A DNA stretch of 64,000 nt from the NCBI GenBank assembly GCA_046295615.1, contig JBKBMV010000016.1, positions 3,703-67,702 on the forward strand, in the 5' to 3' direction. A model generated the notes under the pieces. That model had not been told where the DNA came from. It saw nothing but the letters and a program-made list of their open reading frames with translations, and did not search any database. Both the position numbers and the translations under genes were made by a program. Of this stretch, positions 63,137-64,000 are shown piece by piece. Positions within the stretch are counted from its first letter, which is position 1. Every line of letters starts with the position of its first letter. The DNA is from Aquabacterium sp. GTDB taxonomy: Bacteria > Pseudomonadota > Gammaproteobacteria > Burkholderiales > Burkholderiaceae_C.

Positions 63137-63164
63137 ACTTGCGACGATGTATATTATGTCAACT
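63137..63164 (+). other. dif: Chromosome dimer resolution site dif (XerC/XerD)
   Basis: ACTTGCGACGA-TGTATA-TTATGTCAACT compared with E. coli GGTGCGCATAA-TGTATA-TTATGTTAAAT; intergenic AT-rich island. Confidence 0.85.
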
Positions 63165-63217
63165 CACAAAGACACGCGGCGCCCACTCACAGCAGACACC
63201 ACCCGCACGCCCAGAAC

Positions 63218-64000
63218 TCAAGGCGTGCTCCTCTGGCATAGCGCCCCCTCTGCCTTGGTCAGGTGCGGCACCAAGGTGGGCCCCATGGCTCTCAGGATTT
63301 GCACAGGCAAGCCCGAGGTGAACCGGTAGCGCGCGGCATCTGGCCCCACCACATAAGCCGTGATGGTTCCGAAATGCCGGGGTCCCAGGTAAAACACGAA
63401 CGTGGCTGTGCGGTTCAAGGACACAGTGGGTTTGCCGCGCACCACAATCCGGTTGTCTCCGGTGCCGGTTTTACCGCCCACGGCCAGAACGCCACCTTGC
63501 CCGTCGGCAAACGCGCCAGACAAACGCCGGGCTGTCCCGCGCTCAACCACCTCAGACAACGCGCCTTTGAGTGCGCGGGCCACCTCAGGGGCCATCACCT
63601 GTTCGCTCACGCCCGCTTGTTGTGCAAACGCCGTCTCATAAGGCGTACCTTCTGCGAAACGCACGGCATCGATGCGCCGCGTGCTCCACCGCTGGCCGTC
63701 GTTGACGATGATGCCCATGAGTTCGGCCAAGGCGGCCGGTCGATCACCCGAGCTGCCCAGGGCCGTGGCCAGGGACGGCACCAGGCTGGGGAATGGGTAG
63801 CCCAGGCGGCTCCACCGCCGGTGAATCTCCAGAAAAGCCTCGACTTCCAGCATGGTGTAGATGCGGCTGTCGCGGGCTTCCTTGGCCCGGGTCTGGAACA
63901 ACCATCTGTAGACCTCTTGACGCTGCGTGGCGCTGTCCCGCAAGGCGTCCGCCAGCGTGGCCTGAGGCTTGGACAGGCGGTACGCCACCACCCACAATTC
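63218..64000 (-). CDS. Penicillin-binding protein / transglycosylase-transpeptidase, C-terminal part
   Basis: VVERGTA and GGKTGTG transpeptidase motifs; frame is open to the window edge. Confidence 0.8.
   Translation of the reverse strand, partial: ELWVVAYRLSKPQATLADALRDSATQRQEVYRWLFQTRAKEARDSRIYTMLEVEAFLEIHRRWSRLGYPFPSLVPSLATALGSSGDRPAALAELMGIIVNDGQRWSTRRIDAVRFAEGTPYETAFAQQAGVSEQVMAPEVARALKGALSEVVERGTARRLSGAFADGQGGVLAVGGKTGTGDNRIVVRGKPTVSLNRTATFVFYLGPRHFGTITAYVVGPDAARYRFTSGLPVQILRAMGPTLVPHLTKAEGALCQRSTP

Noticed and set aside
63150-63162. TTGACA on the minus strand as an aapJ -35 element
   Set aside because: No -10 at 17 bp; better explained as the XerD arm of dif.

Overview
A GC-rich chromosomal segment from a Burkholderiales betaproteobacterium; gene order and protein style suggest a Comamonadaceae or Aquabacterium/Rubrivivax-like organism (inference). 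It is almost entirely core genome. From left to right: an MFS transporter, a D-2-hydroxyacid dehydrogenase, bfr-bfd, carAB-greA, yhbY/rlmE-ftsH-folP-glmM, a fasciclin lipoprotein divergent from pstSCAB-phoU-phoBR, a GT39 glycosyltransferase, rpmE2, rho, trxA, AddB/AddA-like genes, a pseudokinase-HDOD fusion, pyrD, tex, two orphan genes, a P1B metal ATPase, a patatin, a CNNM protein, an iron alcohol dehydrogenase, a PsrA-like TetR with fabG4-htdX-fadA2-fadD and a thioesterase/GNAT fusion, NRDE-DUF4936-ygfZ, mltG-tmk-holB-pilZ-tatD, a small ORF, aapJQM, and a partial penicillin-binding protein. I found no CRISPR array, rRNA/tRNA gene, IS or prophage, and no unmistakable new multi-gene system. 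The best non-obvious signals are: (1) a likely chromosomal dif site at 63137-63164 with KOPS-like octamers polarised toward it; (2) a triple Pho box that places the fasciclin lipoprotein in the Pho regulon; (3) bidirectional and leaderless promoters; (4) a doubly degenerate kinase-HDOD protein; (5) the acyl-CoA module ending in a thioesterase-GNAT fusion that converges on a TANGO2/NRDE gene. All calls come from reading motifs by eye; no database searches were run.
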